Source of the DNA: Bradymonadia bacterium
Lineage (GTDB): Bacteria > Myxococcota_A > Bradymonadia > UBA7976 > UBA1532
Reading direction: 5' to 3'
Length of the DNA: 64,000 bases
Assembly (NCBI GenBank): GCA_046290225.1
Contig: JBKAGE010000034.1
Location: forward strand, 64,001 to 128,000
Shown here: piece after piece, positions 40,687-49,319 of the stretch
Layout of the letters: each line of letters starts with the position of its first letter
Position numbering within the stretch: position 1 is the first letter of the stretch
The notes under the pieces: generated by a model
Database searches by the model: none
Seen by the model: the letters and a program-made list of their open reading frames with translations, nothing else
What the model was told of the DNA's origin: nothing
Made by a program: the position numbers and the translations under genes

Positions 40687-43152
40687 ATGACACACGTACA
40701 ACTCCCTGAAAAAACCGCCCATGACTTGCAATGGCCTCGGGTGCTCGGGCACCTGAGCGAGCGCTGCCGAGGCCCAGTGGCCCAGCAGATGGCCCTCGCC
40801 CTCACCCCCACCGGTGACGTGGCCGAGGTCGATCGACGACAGCGCCTCACCACCGAAGCCCGAGCGCTCATCGATCGAGGCATGCTGCCACCCTTATCGC
40901 ACCTCGCCGACGTGCGGCGCCCTGTGGGGATCGCTGCACGAGGCGGGGTGCTCGACCCGGAAGACCTCTACGCCGTCGGCGGGCTGCTGGAGACCGCCTG
41001 GCGTTGCCGAGGCTTCTTCAGCCGTCAGGAAGGCGAAGCCCCCGCTCTGGAGGCCATCGCGTACCAGCTGGCCGATTTGCCCGACCTCGCCCGTCAGTTG
41101 CTCGAGAGCTTCGACGAGCGTGGCGACGTCGTCGACTCCGCGAGCCCCGAGCTCGCGGGCCTGCGCACCCGCGTCACCCGTCTGCATGAGCATCTCAAAG
41201 AGGAGGTACACGGCCTGCTCGGCAACGACGAGTACACGGGGCTGCTGCAGGACGACTACTACACCATCCGAGACGATCGATATGTGCTGCCCATCCGGGC
41301 CGGCCACAAACGACACGTACCGGGCATCATCCACGGCTGGTCCTCCTCGGGGCAGACGGTCTACATCGAGCCTCAGCCTGTCGTCGAGGCTAACAACCGG
41401 CTGCTCCTGGCTCAGGCGGAGGTGGATCGCGAGATCAGGCGGCTGCTCACCGAGCTCTCCGAGAAGGTGGGTGAGCACGCGGCAGCCATCGCCGAGACGG
41501 TGGACCACCTCGCGGTGCTCGATCTCTTCATGGCCCAGGGCGAGCTGTCTCAGGTGCTCAGCGGGGCTCAACCGCAGTTCACTGACGCCCCTCGCCTCGT
41601 GCTCCCCGAAGCCCGTCACCCACTCCTCGTGCTCTCGGGCATCGAGGTGGTGCCCAACCGCATCGAGCTCGATGACGGCCGGATGGGTCTGGTGATCACG
41701 GGGCCGAACACCGGCGGCAAGACCGTGACCTTGAAGACCGCGGGGCTGTGCATCCTCATGGCCCTCTCCGGTCTACACATCCCTGCCACCGACAAGGCCG
41801 TAGTGCCTCGGGTGCCCGGGGTGTACTCCGACATCGGCGACGAGCAGAGCATCGATCGGGCGCTGTCCACATTCAGCGGCCACATCACCAACATCGTGGA
41901 GATCCTCAGCCAGATCGCCCCTGGCAGCCTCGTGCTGCTCGACGAGCTGGTCGTGGGCACCGACCCCATTCAGGGCGCGGCGCTGGCCCAGTCGATCCTC
42001 GAGCACCTCGCGAGCCGCAAGATGCTCACGCTGGTGACCACGCACTACGAGTCGCTCAAGGCCCTGCCCTTCAGCGACGAGCGCTTCCGAAACGGCGCCG
42101 TGGGCTTCGACCCTGATCGCCAGGTGCCCACCTACACGCTCCGGATGGACGTGCCGGGGGCCTCTTCGGCCTTCCGCACCGCCCGTCGGCTCGGGGTGAA
42201 CAGCGGCATTGTCGATCGCGCTGCAGAGCTCGCCGGCGGGGCCCAGAACAGCCTCGACGCCCTCATCCAGCGCCTCGACGCCGAAACCGCTGCGGCGGAG
42301 ACGGCCCGTAGGGAGCTGGAGAAGGAGCGCAACCGACTCGCCTCGGCAAAGGCCCGGGTGGAGCAGACGGAGCGGGCCCTCAAGGCGCGCCTCAAGGAGG
42401 CGGTGAGCAAAGAAGAAGACGCCGCGTTGCGAGAGGCCCGCACCCTCCGCGAGGAGATCGTGGCCCTCAAGAAGCGGCTCAAGGGCGCCCGCAAGGACGC
42501 CTCTGCCCTCGAGGCAGGCCGCAAGCAGCTCGCCGAGGTCTCCGACAAGATCCACGCGGCCAAGGCTGCTCGGGCCCGCGCCGAAGCGGGGGATCCAATC
42601 ACTCAGGATCGCATCAAGCCCGGCAGCAGGGTCTTCGTGATCTCCCTCGGGGCCGAGGCCGAGGTGCTCTCCACGCCTGACGATCAAGGCAAGGTCGAAG
42701 TACGGGCCGGGGCCCTCACGGCCCGGTTCCCCATCGACGATCTGCGGCCCCCGGGGCTCAAGGGTCGCGCGGAAGCCAAGGGCCGCACGGGTGGCAGCAA
42801 GCCCGCTCAGAAGGCCCGCAGGGGTGACAACCGCCAGAGCAAAGCCCCCTCCCCCACGGGGGCGGGCCGTCACGACGACATCACGTGGGACTCGGCGCCC
42901 CCTCAGGTACCCGACAACACCGTGGACATCCGTGGCATGCGGGTGGAAGAAGGCGTCGAGCGGGCGGAGCGGTTCCTCGACACCCTCGTGGAGCGGGGCG
43001 TGCCCATCGCCTTCATCATCCACGGCCACGGCACCGGGGCCCTCAAGCGAGAGATCCGCAACTACCTGCGGCACTCTCGTTACGCTCGCTCGCAACGACC
43101 GGGACAACGACACGAAGGGGGTGACGGCGTCACCGCCGTGCTCCTCGCCTGA
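40687..43152 (+). CDS. mutS2: Endonuclease MutS2 (Smr-domain, ribosome-collision factor)
   Basis: SSSGQTVYIEP, ARHPLL, ITGPNTGGKT, DIGDEQSI..LSTFS, DELVVGTDP, TTHY, coiled coil, KOW-like region, Smr IIHGHGTG.L...GGDGVT. Confidence 0.95.
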   Translation: MTHVQLPEKTAHDLQWPRVLGHLSERCRGPVAQQMALALTPTGDVAEVDRRQRLTTEARALIDRGMLPPLSHLADVRRPVGIAARGGVLDPEDLYAVGGLLETAWRCRGFFSRQEGEAPALEAIAYQLADLPDLARQLLESFDERGDVVDSASPELAGLRTRVTRLHEHLKEEVHGLLGNDEYTGLLQDDYYTIRDDRYVLPIRAGHKRHVPGIIHGWSSSGQTVYIEPQPVVEANNRLLLAQAEVDREIRRLLTELSEKVGEHAAAIAETVDHLAVLDLFMAQGELSQVLSGAQPQFTDAPRLVLPEARHPLLVLSGIEVVPNRIELDDGRMGLVITGPNTGGKTVTLKTAGLCILMALSGLHIPATDKAVVPRVPGVYSDIGDEQSIDRALSTFSGHITNIVEILSQIAPGSLVLLDELVVGTDPIQGAALAQSILEHLASRKMLTLVTTHYESLKALPFSDERFRNGAVGFDPDRQVPTYTLRMDVPGASSAFRTARRLGVNSGIVDRAAELAGGAQNSLDALIQRLDAETAAAETARRELEKERNRLASAKARVEQTERALKARLKEAVSKEEDAALREARTLREEIVALKKRLKGARKDASALEAGRKQLAEVSDKIHAAKAARARAEAGDPITQDRIKPGSRVFVISLGAEAEVLSTPDDQGKVEVRAGALTARFPIDDLRPPGLKGRAEAKGRTGGSKPAQKARRGDNRQSKAPSPTGAGRHDDITWDSAPPQVPDNTVDIRGMRVEEGVERAERFLDTLVERGVPIAFIIHGHGTGALKREIRNYLRHSRYARSQRPGQRHEGGDGVTAVLLA

Positions 43153-45797
43153 TGACAGAACGCCAACCCAGGAAGATCTCCATGGCCAGAGTTCGCCCCG
43201 GGGCCTCCGGGCTCACCCTCAGCGTCCTCGCGACGTTGGCTCTGCTCCCCTCGGCTCACGGCCAGGGCACCACCATCGCGCCGACCCGGCCGGGGCAGGG
43301 TCTGCTCCTGCCCACCTCAGACATCGCCGCCAACGATCGGGCGGAGTCGATGGAGGACAACCCTGCCGGGGTGGGCTTCGGGCAAGGCTTCGATCTCACG
43401 CTGACCTATGTGGACAGCACGCAGGATCGAGCCGGTGAGGGCTTCGGCCTCTTCACCGCCTTCCCCCTCGTGGGCCCCTACCACACCGGCCTCGGTCTGC
43501 AGCTGCTCGAATCCAGCGGCCCTCAACAGAACAATGATCCGGTGAAGGTCACCTGGGCCCACGCCCTGCGCCTCGGCTCGAACCTGAGCCTCGGTGTCGC
43601 GTGGCACACCTTCGTCGCCGACGACGATCGCGCCCTCGACGACTACTCCACCTGGGATCTGGGCCTTCAGCTGCGGCTGTCCCGCTGGTTGGCCATGGGG
43701 CTCTCGATCACCGATCTCAGCACCCCCCGCCTCGGCCTCGATCCCGTAGAACGCGCCTGGCAACCCGCCCTCGCCATCCGCCCGGGGACCGAGCGCATGA
43801 CCCTCACCGCCACGGCGCGGTTCCCCGAGGATGGCGATGGTCCTCGAAGCGCCGGTGGCCGCCTGAACTGGAACTTCTGGGGTCCGCTGGCCTTCACTGG
43901 CCGCTACGACTACACCGAGGGCGTGGGCGAGGCTGACGCCACGCATCAGGTGATGGCCGGCTTGAGCACCCAGTTCAGCGGCTTCGACAGCGCTGGTCTC
44001 TACGCCTACAGCCCCGATGCTGCTGGCGACGATCCGAGCTGGGGTGCCGCCTTCGTGAGTCGGATCTCGTCGTCACGGGATCCCTACCGGATGCGGCGGC
44101 GATCCAACCTCGTGGTGGAGCTCGATCTGCGCGGCGCCTTGGAGGAGTACGGGACTGGGGGCTTCTTCTCTTCTCGCCCGCGTACCCCCTTCCTCAACAC
44201 GCTCCGCGTCATCCGGGCCTTGAGCGAGGCCCCTGAGGTGGCCGGTCTGCTGGTGGCTGTACCCAATGGCGGTTATGGCTGGGCCCGCGCGGCAGAGCTC
44301 CGCCAGGCCCTCGGCGCCTTCAAGGCCACAGGGAAGAAGGTCTACGCCTACGTGCCTGTGCCCGACACCCGGGCGTACATGGTGGCCACCGTCGCCGACA
44401 AGATCTACACGGCCCCCTCTGGGGGTCTCCTCACCACGGGCCTCCGAGGTCAGATGACGTTCTACACCTCGGCCATGAACCGGCTGGGCATTCGCGTCGA
44501 CGCAGTGGCCATCGGTCAGTACAAGAGCGCCCCGGAAGCCTTCACCCGCACCGAGCCCTCGGAGCCGGCACGGGAGAACGAAGACGCCCTCCTCGATGAT
44601 CTCTATGCCCACGTGGTGAACCACATCGCCGATGGCCGAGGGATGACCGCCGAGGTGGTGAAGGGCCACATCAACGAGGCCCCCTACACCGCGGAGGAGG
44701 CCAAGGCCCGCAAGCTGGTCGACGGCGTGATTCACTACGACCAGTTCGAAGATGTGGTGCGCAAGGATCTCGGCCCCTGGGTCCGCTTCGCAGGCCCTGA
44801 GGCCATCCTCGGCGACCGCCTCGTGCGGTGGGGCAACAAGCCCCAGGTGGGCGTGCTCTACGCCACGGGCACCATCACCGACGGCGAGTCCGTGGCAAAC
44901 CCCCTCACGGGATCCATGAGCGTGGGCGCCGACACCTTCGTGAAGTCCGCCCGCCGCATGCGGGACGATCCCAGCATCCGGGCGGTGGTGCTGCGCGTAG
45001 ACAGCCCTGGCGGCTCGGTCACAGCCTCCGACGTCATGTGGCGCGAGCTGGCGCTCCTCGCTGAGGAGAAGCCCCTCATCGTGAGCATGGGTGACGTCGC
45101 TGCCTCGGGCGGTTACTACATCGCCGCTCCGGGTCGTGAGATCTTCGCCATGCCGGAGACGATCACGGGCAGCATCGGCATCTTCACCCTCAAGTTCGAT
45201 CTGTCAGGCCTGTACTGGCTGTTCGGGGTGAAGAAGACCGATTTCAAGCGCGGCGATCGCTCCGACTTCATGAGCGACGCCCGTGGTTGGACCGACGAGG
45301 AGCGCGCCGTGGCCAAGAAGGGCATGGAGGCGCTGTACGAGGTGTTCCTCAGCCGCGTCGCCGCCGGCCGTAAGGGCCTGGATCGGGATCGCGTCGACGC
45401 CCTGGCCCAGGGCCGGGTGTGGACTGGCGCTCAAGCCAAGGCTTGCGGCCTGGTGGATCGACCCATGGGGCTGCTCGCCGCCGTGGATCAGGCCGCCGCC
45501 CTCGCTGGCCTCGGCACGGATGACTACTCGGTCTTCGCGGGTCCGCCGAGCGAAGGCTTTGGTGGATTGCCCAGCAGCCCCTTCGGCGCCCTGCTTCAGC
45601 CGGAGACCGAAGGGGTGGTCGACCCCTACATCGCCGCCATAGCCGTCGCCCTCGCCACGCCTGCGGCGGCCCCCCTCCCCCCTGCGGTGGAGGCGCTCGC
45701 CCCCCACCTCGCAGGCCTCGCGGCTCTCCCCGTGGTGCGCTTCACCAGCGGCGAGCCTCTGGCCCTGCTGCCCTTCCAGTTGAACTGGGCACGTTGA
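43152..45797 (+). CDS. sppA: Signal peptide peptidase SppA with N-terminal beta-strand-rich (barrel-like) domain
   Basis: GQYKSA, VLRVDSPGGS, SMGDVAASGGY, TGSIGI, AQGRVWTG; TGATG overlap with mutS2. Confidence 0.9.
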   Translation: MTERQPRKISMARVRPGASGLTLSVLATLALLPSAHGQGTTIAPTRPGQGLLLPTSDIAANDRAESMEDNPAGVGFGQGFDLTLTYVDSTQDRAGEGFGLFTAFPLVGPYHTGLGLQLLESSGPQQNNDPVKVTWAHALRLGSNLSLGVAWHTFVADDDRALDDYSTWDLGLQLRLSRWLAMGLSITDLSTPRLGLDPVERAWQPALAIRPGTERMTLTATARFPEDGDGPRSAGGRLNWNFWGPLAFTGRYDYTEGVGEADATHQVMAGLSTQFSGFDSAGLYAYSPDAAGDDPSWGAAFVSRISSSRDPYRMRRRSNLVVELDLRGALEEYGTGGFFSSRPRTPFLNTLRVIRALSEAPEVAGLLVAVPNGGYGWARAAELRQALGAFKATGKKVYAYVPVPDTRAYMVATVADKIYTAPSGGLLTTGLRGQMTFYTSAMNRLGIRVDAVAIGQYKSAPEAFTRTEPSEPARENEDALLDDLYAHVVNHIADGRGMTAEVVKGHINEAPYTAEEAKARKLVDGVIHYDQFEDVVRKDLGPWVRFAGPEAILGDRLVRWGNKPQVGVLYATGTITDGESVANPLTGSMSVGADTFVKSARRMRDDPSIRAVVLRVDSPGGSVTASDVMWRELALLAEEKPLIVSMGDVAASGGYYIAAPGREIFAMPETITGSIGIFTLKFDLSGLYWLFGVKKTDFKRGDRSDFMSDARGWTDEERAVAKKGMEALYEVFLSRVAAGRKGLDRDRVDALAQGRVWTGAQAKACGLVDRPMGLLAAVDQAAALAGLGTDDYSVFAGPPSEGFGGLPSSPFGALLQPETEGVVDPYIAAIAVALATPAAAPLPPAVEALAPHLAGLAALPVVRFTSGEPLALLPFQLNWAR

Positions 45798-45856
45798 GCG
45801 CCCGGATAGGCGCTCAGACAAACATGCACTGTTGGTATCGAGATTGGATTTGGGCA

Positions 45857-46378
45857 GTGACGGTTGTTGTGGCTGGGCCTTTGTAGGCAGTCATCGCTGC
45901 GCTCTGCCTGCGTAGGCGCCGGGCCTTCGGTCGCCCTTCGGGCAACCTCGTCAGGCGCGTACACGTCGGCACGCTCGCTGTCGCGAGCAGGCCTCCGGGT
46001 AGGCAGGGTCGCTCAATGCTGACGCATTATTCGCTCGCTCCCCTGCGTAAAGAGTTTCTTCTGTATCTCGTTGCTGAACCCCGCCGGGATTCGACCTACC
46101 GCGAACCTGCAAGCCTCAGAGTGTGAACGTTGGGCGTAAGCCCCAACAACATTGGAAGCACCCTGAAGCCACACCAGAACTGACTTTTTACGCAGGGGAG
46201 CGAGCAAACAAGGCGAAGCCTTGAGCGACCCTGCTTACCCGGAAGGGTGTCCGCGCAAGCGGATGCCCGAACGTGTACGCAACTCCAAGGCGGGCCGAAG
46301 GCCGGCCGCCGGCAGTTGCCTACGCAGGCAGAGCGCAGCGATGACTGCCTACAAAGGCCCAGCCATAACCGCCGTCAC
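45857..46378. repeat. Inverted pair of ~200-nt structured units (45857-46055 and 46183-46378) around a 127-nt spacer
   Basis: Inverted blocks match 58/61 (45857-45917 vs 46318-46378), 10/10 (45957-45966 vs 46271-46280), 22/23 (45994-46016 vs 46221-46243) and 22/23 (46033-46055 vs 46183-46205), separated by copy-specific hairpins. Confidence 0.95.
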
Positions 46379-46403
46379 AACCTCATAAGAATCTGATGAA
46401 GCC

Positions 46404-49205
46404 TCAGAACGAGACCCGAGTATGTTTGCCCGGAGCGATCTCAACGAGGCGCACGGCGCTGCGGTTGCTCTTGTCACCGCCGTAACACACGTGCACCCGG
46501 TAGCGACCCTCAGAGAGCTTGAACTTCACCATGGGCGTCTCTCGGGCCACCTGGCGGCCATCGACGAAGACCGTGCCCCAGGGCTGTGACTGAACACTGA
46601 GGAAGCCCTCTCCGCCGCCACGGGGCGGTGGCGGTGGTACATCCTGCACAGGAGGGCGCCTGAAGTCGCCTCGCCGATCATCTCTGCGATCGTCCCTGCG
46701 GTTGTTGCTCACCGCTCGGCGGGAGACCGTGCGACGGGGCGGCTTTCGACGTTGGGTCGACGCCCGCCGACGTGTGGGCGTCTTATTCACGAGAGTGGGC
46801 GGATCTGCAGAGAGCGGCTCGAGCACGGCCACGACCTGGGCTTCACGTGTGCCCCCCCACTCCACAGAGCGCTCATAGGGCTTGAAGCCTGGCTTGCTCA
46901 CCCTGACGCGGGTCACCCCTTTCATGGACACCCCCGACTGCGTGATGGGGGTGGTGCCCAGGGCCTGCTCGTTCACGTAGACCTGGGCGCCGATGGGCTC
47001 TGAGCGCACCACCAGCGTACCCTGACGCTCCACGAGGCGCGCCTCCAGCAAACGCTCTTCACCAGGCTTCAGGGTCAGGGTCTGCTCGAAGGCCTCATAG
47101 CCATCACCGAGGGAGACCTGCACACGGATCGGTTTGCCAGGAGGCACAGCGACGTTCGTCGGCGTGCCACCGAGCATCACCATATCGTCCACCTTCACCT
47201 GGGCGCCACGAGCCGGGAAGGAGTCGATCTTGAGGACCGCCTTCTCTGCGGAGTTCACTGCGCCCACCTGCGTCGGATCAGAGGGCCCGTCGCCACCGCC
47301 GGCATTTTGTTCGGCGTTCTGGCCGATGGTGGCCGTGGTGGGCTCGGGATCGTCATCGCTGATGATCCAACGCGTGAGCAGCGCGGTGCTGATGGCCGCC
47401 AGGGCTGCCAGAGCGATGAAGCTCACCCGCTCCCGAGTGAAAAAGCCGCCACCACGACGGTGGGTCGTGGCCCGGGCGGCGGGGGCGCTCGGCTGAGGCT
47501 CTGGTGACCGCTGACTGGGCGTCACGGGCTCCAGACGCAGGTCAGTCGGTCGCCGCATACGACCCGATCGTCGTGGCGGGGGCGCTTGCGGCGCAGCCTG
47601 CTTCTGCTCCTCTTCCATGGCCACGATGACCGTGGGCCGGCGGTTGAAGTTCTGCCCGCTCTGCCCTTCGGCGGCAGGGGCCGGTGATCGTTGTGGCTCA
47701 CCGAAGTTGGGCCGCCTCACTTGCCCCGAACGACCCGGGACCGGCGTCGAGCGCCTGCGAGATGACGGCTGTGGCTCCGGTGTGGGCGTTGCCGAGAACT
47801 CCACGGGCATCTGCGTCGACAACGAGGCTGGCGGCCCCAATGGTTTGCGCTGTCCGTGCTGCCCTCGGGGAGAAGGCGCCGGAGGCGCTGAGACGTCAGG
47901 CAGCGCCTCTGTGGGCTTGAGCGGGCGATCGAAAGCTCGAGTCTCTTCTTCCTCGAAGAAGTCTTCCACGAGGCCGCCACGGGCCTTGAAGCCCGAGACA
48001 TCGATCGAGTCGAAGGGCTCGGGGCGTCTGGCGCCGTCGTGGTTGATCGTCTCTTCCTCGTCTTCGACCAGCTCCAGTTCGCCGGAGTCGAGCTCGAAGA
48101 GCTCGCTCTCCACGCCAGGATCCTGAAAGCCCGACGACATGCGATGCTTGTTGCTCTGCATCTCGGTGGCGTCGTCCTCAAAAGAGAGCGGTGCCCCGGC
48201 CATGGAGATGACTGAACCGCCGTCCTGCACCCAGTCGTCGCGGTGCATGGCCACCGACTCGTCGAGGGGCATCTCGGTGTTCGTATCGGTCTCTTCGAAC
48301 AGCTCGGTCATCAACCGCCGCAGCTGCACCTTGCCGAAGACCGCCGCCGATGTGCGCAGGAAGTTGGCCAGATCTTTCTGGAAGTGCCGTGCCGTGGGGT
48401 AGCGCGCCTCGCGGTCCTTCGACAGAGCCCGCATCACGATCTGCTCGAGCATGGGCGGCACGTCGGGCCTCAAGCGGCTCGGCGGCTCGATGTCGGCGCG
48501 ACGCACCCGGCTGAGCAAGGTGACGTCGTCGTCATCTTTGTAGAGCAGGTCACCCGTGAGCATCTCGTACATGACGATGCCCAGGCTGAAGATGTCGGTC
48601 CGGTGGTCCAGGGCCTCGCCCTTCGCCTGCTCCGGCGACATGTAATAGAACTTGCCCTTGATGATGCCCGCTTCGGTCTCGTAGGCCCGCGAGGCGGCCT
48701 TGGCGATGCCAAAGTCGACGAGCTTCACCTCCCCCTCGAGAGACAACAGCACGTTCTGGGGGCTCACATCACGGTGGATGATGTTGAGCCTGCGCCCCTT
48801 GCTGTCACGCTTGCGGTGGGCGTAGTCGAGGCCCGCACAGCACTCCATGCCCACATAGGCCGCAGCCTCTACGGGTAAGGGGCTGCGACGTTCCCGCACC
48901 TTCTTCATCACCCGGTACAGGTCGCGACCTTCGATGTACTCCATGGCGATGTAGTAGTGGTCCTCGTGACGCCCCAGGTCGAAGATCTGCCCGATGTTGC
49001 TGTGTGACAGCTCCACGGTGATCTTCGCCTCGTCGATGAGCATCTCGATGAAGTCGGCATCCTGGCTGTAGCGGGGGTGTAGCCGCTTGATGGCGAGTAT
49101 CTTCTCGAAACCGCCCAGGCCCTGGGCCTTGGCTCTGAAGATCTCGGCCATGCCTCCGATGGCGATGCGGTCGAGAAGGATGTATCGGCCGAACTGCTCC
49201 TGCAT
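46404..49205 (-). CDS. Ser/Thr protein kinase with TM and PEGA domains
   Basis: GGMAEIF, AIKRL, HRDVSPQN, DFGIAK, GKFYYMSPEQ; TM segment; PEGA repeats (SEPIGAQVYVN, SQPWGTVFVDG). Confidence 0.95.
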   Translation of the reverse strand: MQEQFGRYILLDRIAIGGMAEIFRAKAQGLGGFEKILAIKRLHPRYSQDADFIEMLIDEAKITVELSHSNIGQIFDLGRHEDHYYIAMEYIEGRDLYRVMKKVRERRSPLPVEAAAYVGMECCAGLDYAHRKRDSKGRRLNIIHRDVSPQNVLLSLEGEVKLVDFGIAKAASRAYETEAGIIKGKFYYMSPEQAKGEALDHRTDIFSLGIVMYEMLTGDLLYKDDDDVTLLSRVRRADIEPPSRLRPDVPPMLEQIVMRALSKDREARYPTARHFQKDLANFLRTSAAVFGKVQLRRLMTELFEETDTNTEMPLDESVAMHRDDWVQDGGSVISMAGAPLSFEDDATEMQSNKHRMSSGFQDPGVESELFELDSGELELVEDEEETINHDGARRPEPFDSIDVSGFKARGGLVEDFFEEEETRAFDRPLKPTEALPDVSAPPAPSPRGQHGQRKPLGPPASLSTQMPVEFSATPTPEPQPSSRRRSTPVPGRSGQVRRPNFGEPQRSPAPAAEGQSGQNFNRRPTVIVAMEEEQKQAAPQAPPPRRSGRMRRPTDLRLEPVTPSQRSPEPQPSAPAARATTHRRGGGFFTRERVSFIALAALAAISTALLTRWIISDDDPEPTTATIGQNAEQNAGGGDGPSDPTQVGAVNSAEKAVLKIDSFPARGAQVKVDDMVMLGGTPTNVAVPPGKPIRVQVSLGDGYEAFEQTLTLKPGEERLLEARLVERQGTLVVRSEPIGAQVYVNEQALGTTPITQSGVSMKGVTRVRVSKPGFKPYERSVEWGGTREAQVVAVLEPLSADPPTLVNKTPTRRRASTQRRKPPRRTVSRRAVSNNRRDDRRDDRRGDFRRPPVQDVPPPPPRGGGEGFLSVQSQPWGTVFVDGRQVARETPMVKFKLSEGRYRVHVCYGGDKSNRSAVRLVEIAPGKHTRVSF

Positions 49206-49319
49206 GGGGACGAATCCTAGTGTTCATCTGCTGATCATGCCAGTCGCTTGACTGCTGTTCCTCGCCGCGGCCTGCCAGCGAGGTTGACGCCCCTGGGCTG
49301 CCGACGCACACTGAGCCGC

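Noticed and set aside
46078..46100. GGGATTCGACC resembling a tRNA T-arm or tmRNA 5' end
   Set aside because: No cloverleaf, acceptor stem or CCA could be built on either strand
46013..46207. 64-aa ORF inside the inverted element
   Set aside because: Starts and ends within the repeat blocks, with no RBS or recognisable motif; not a transposase
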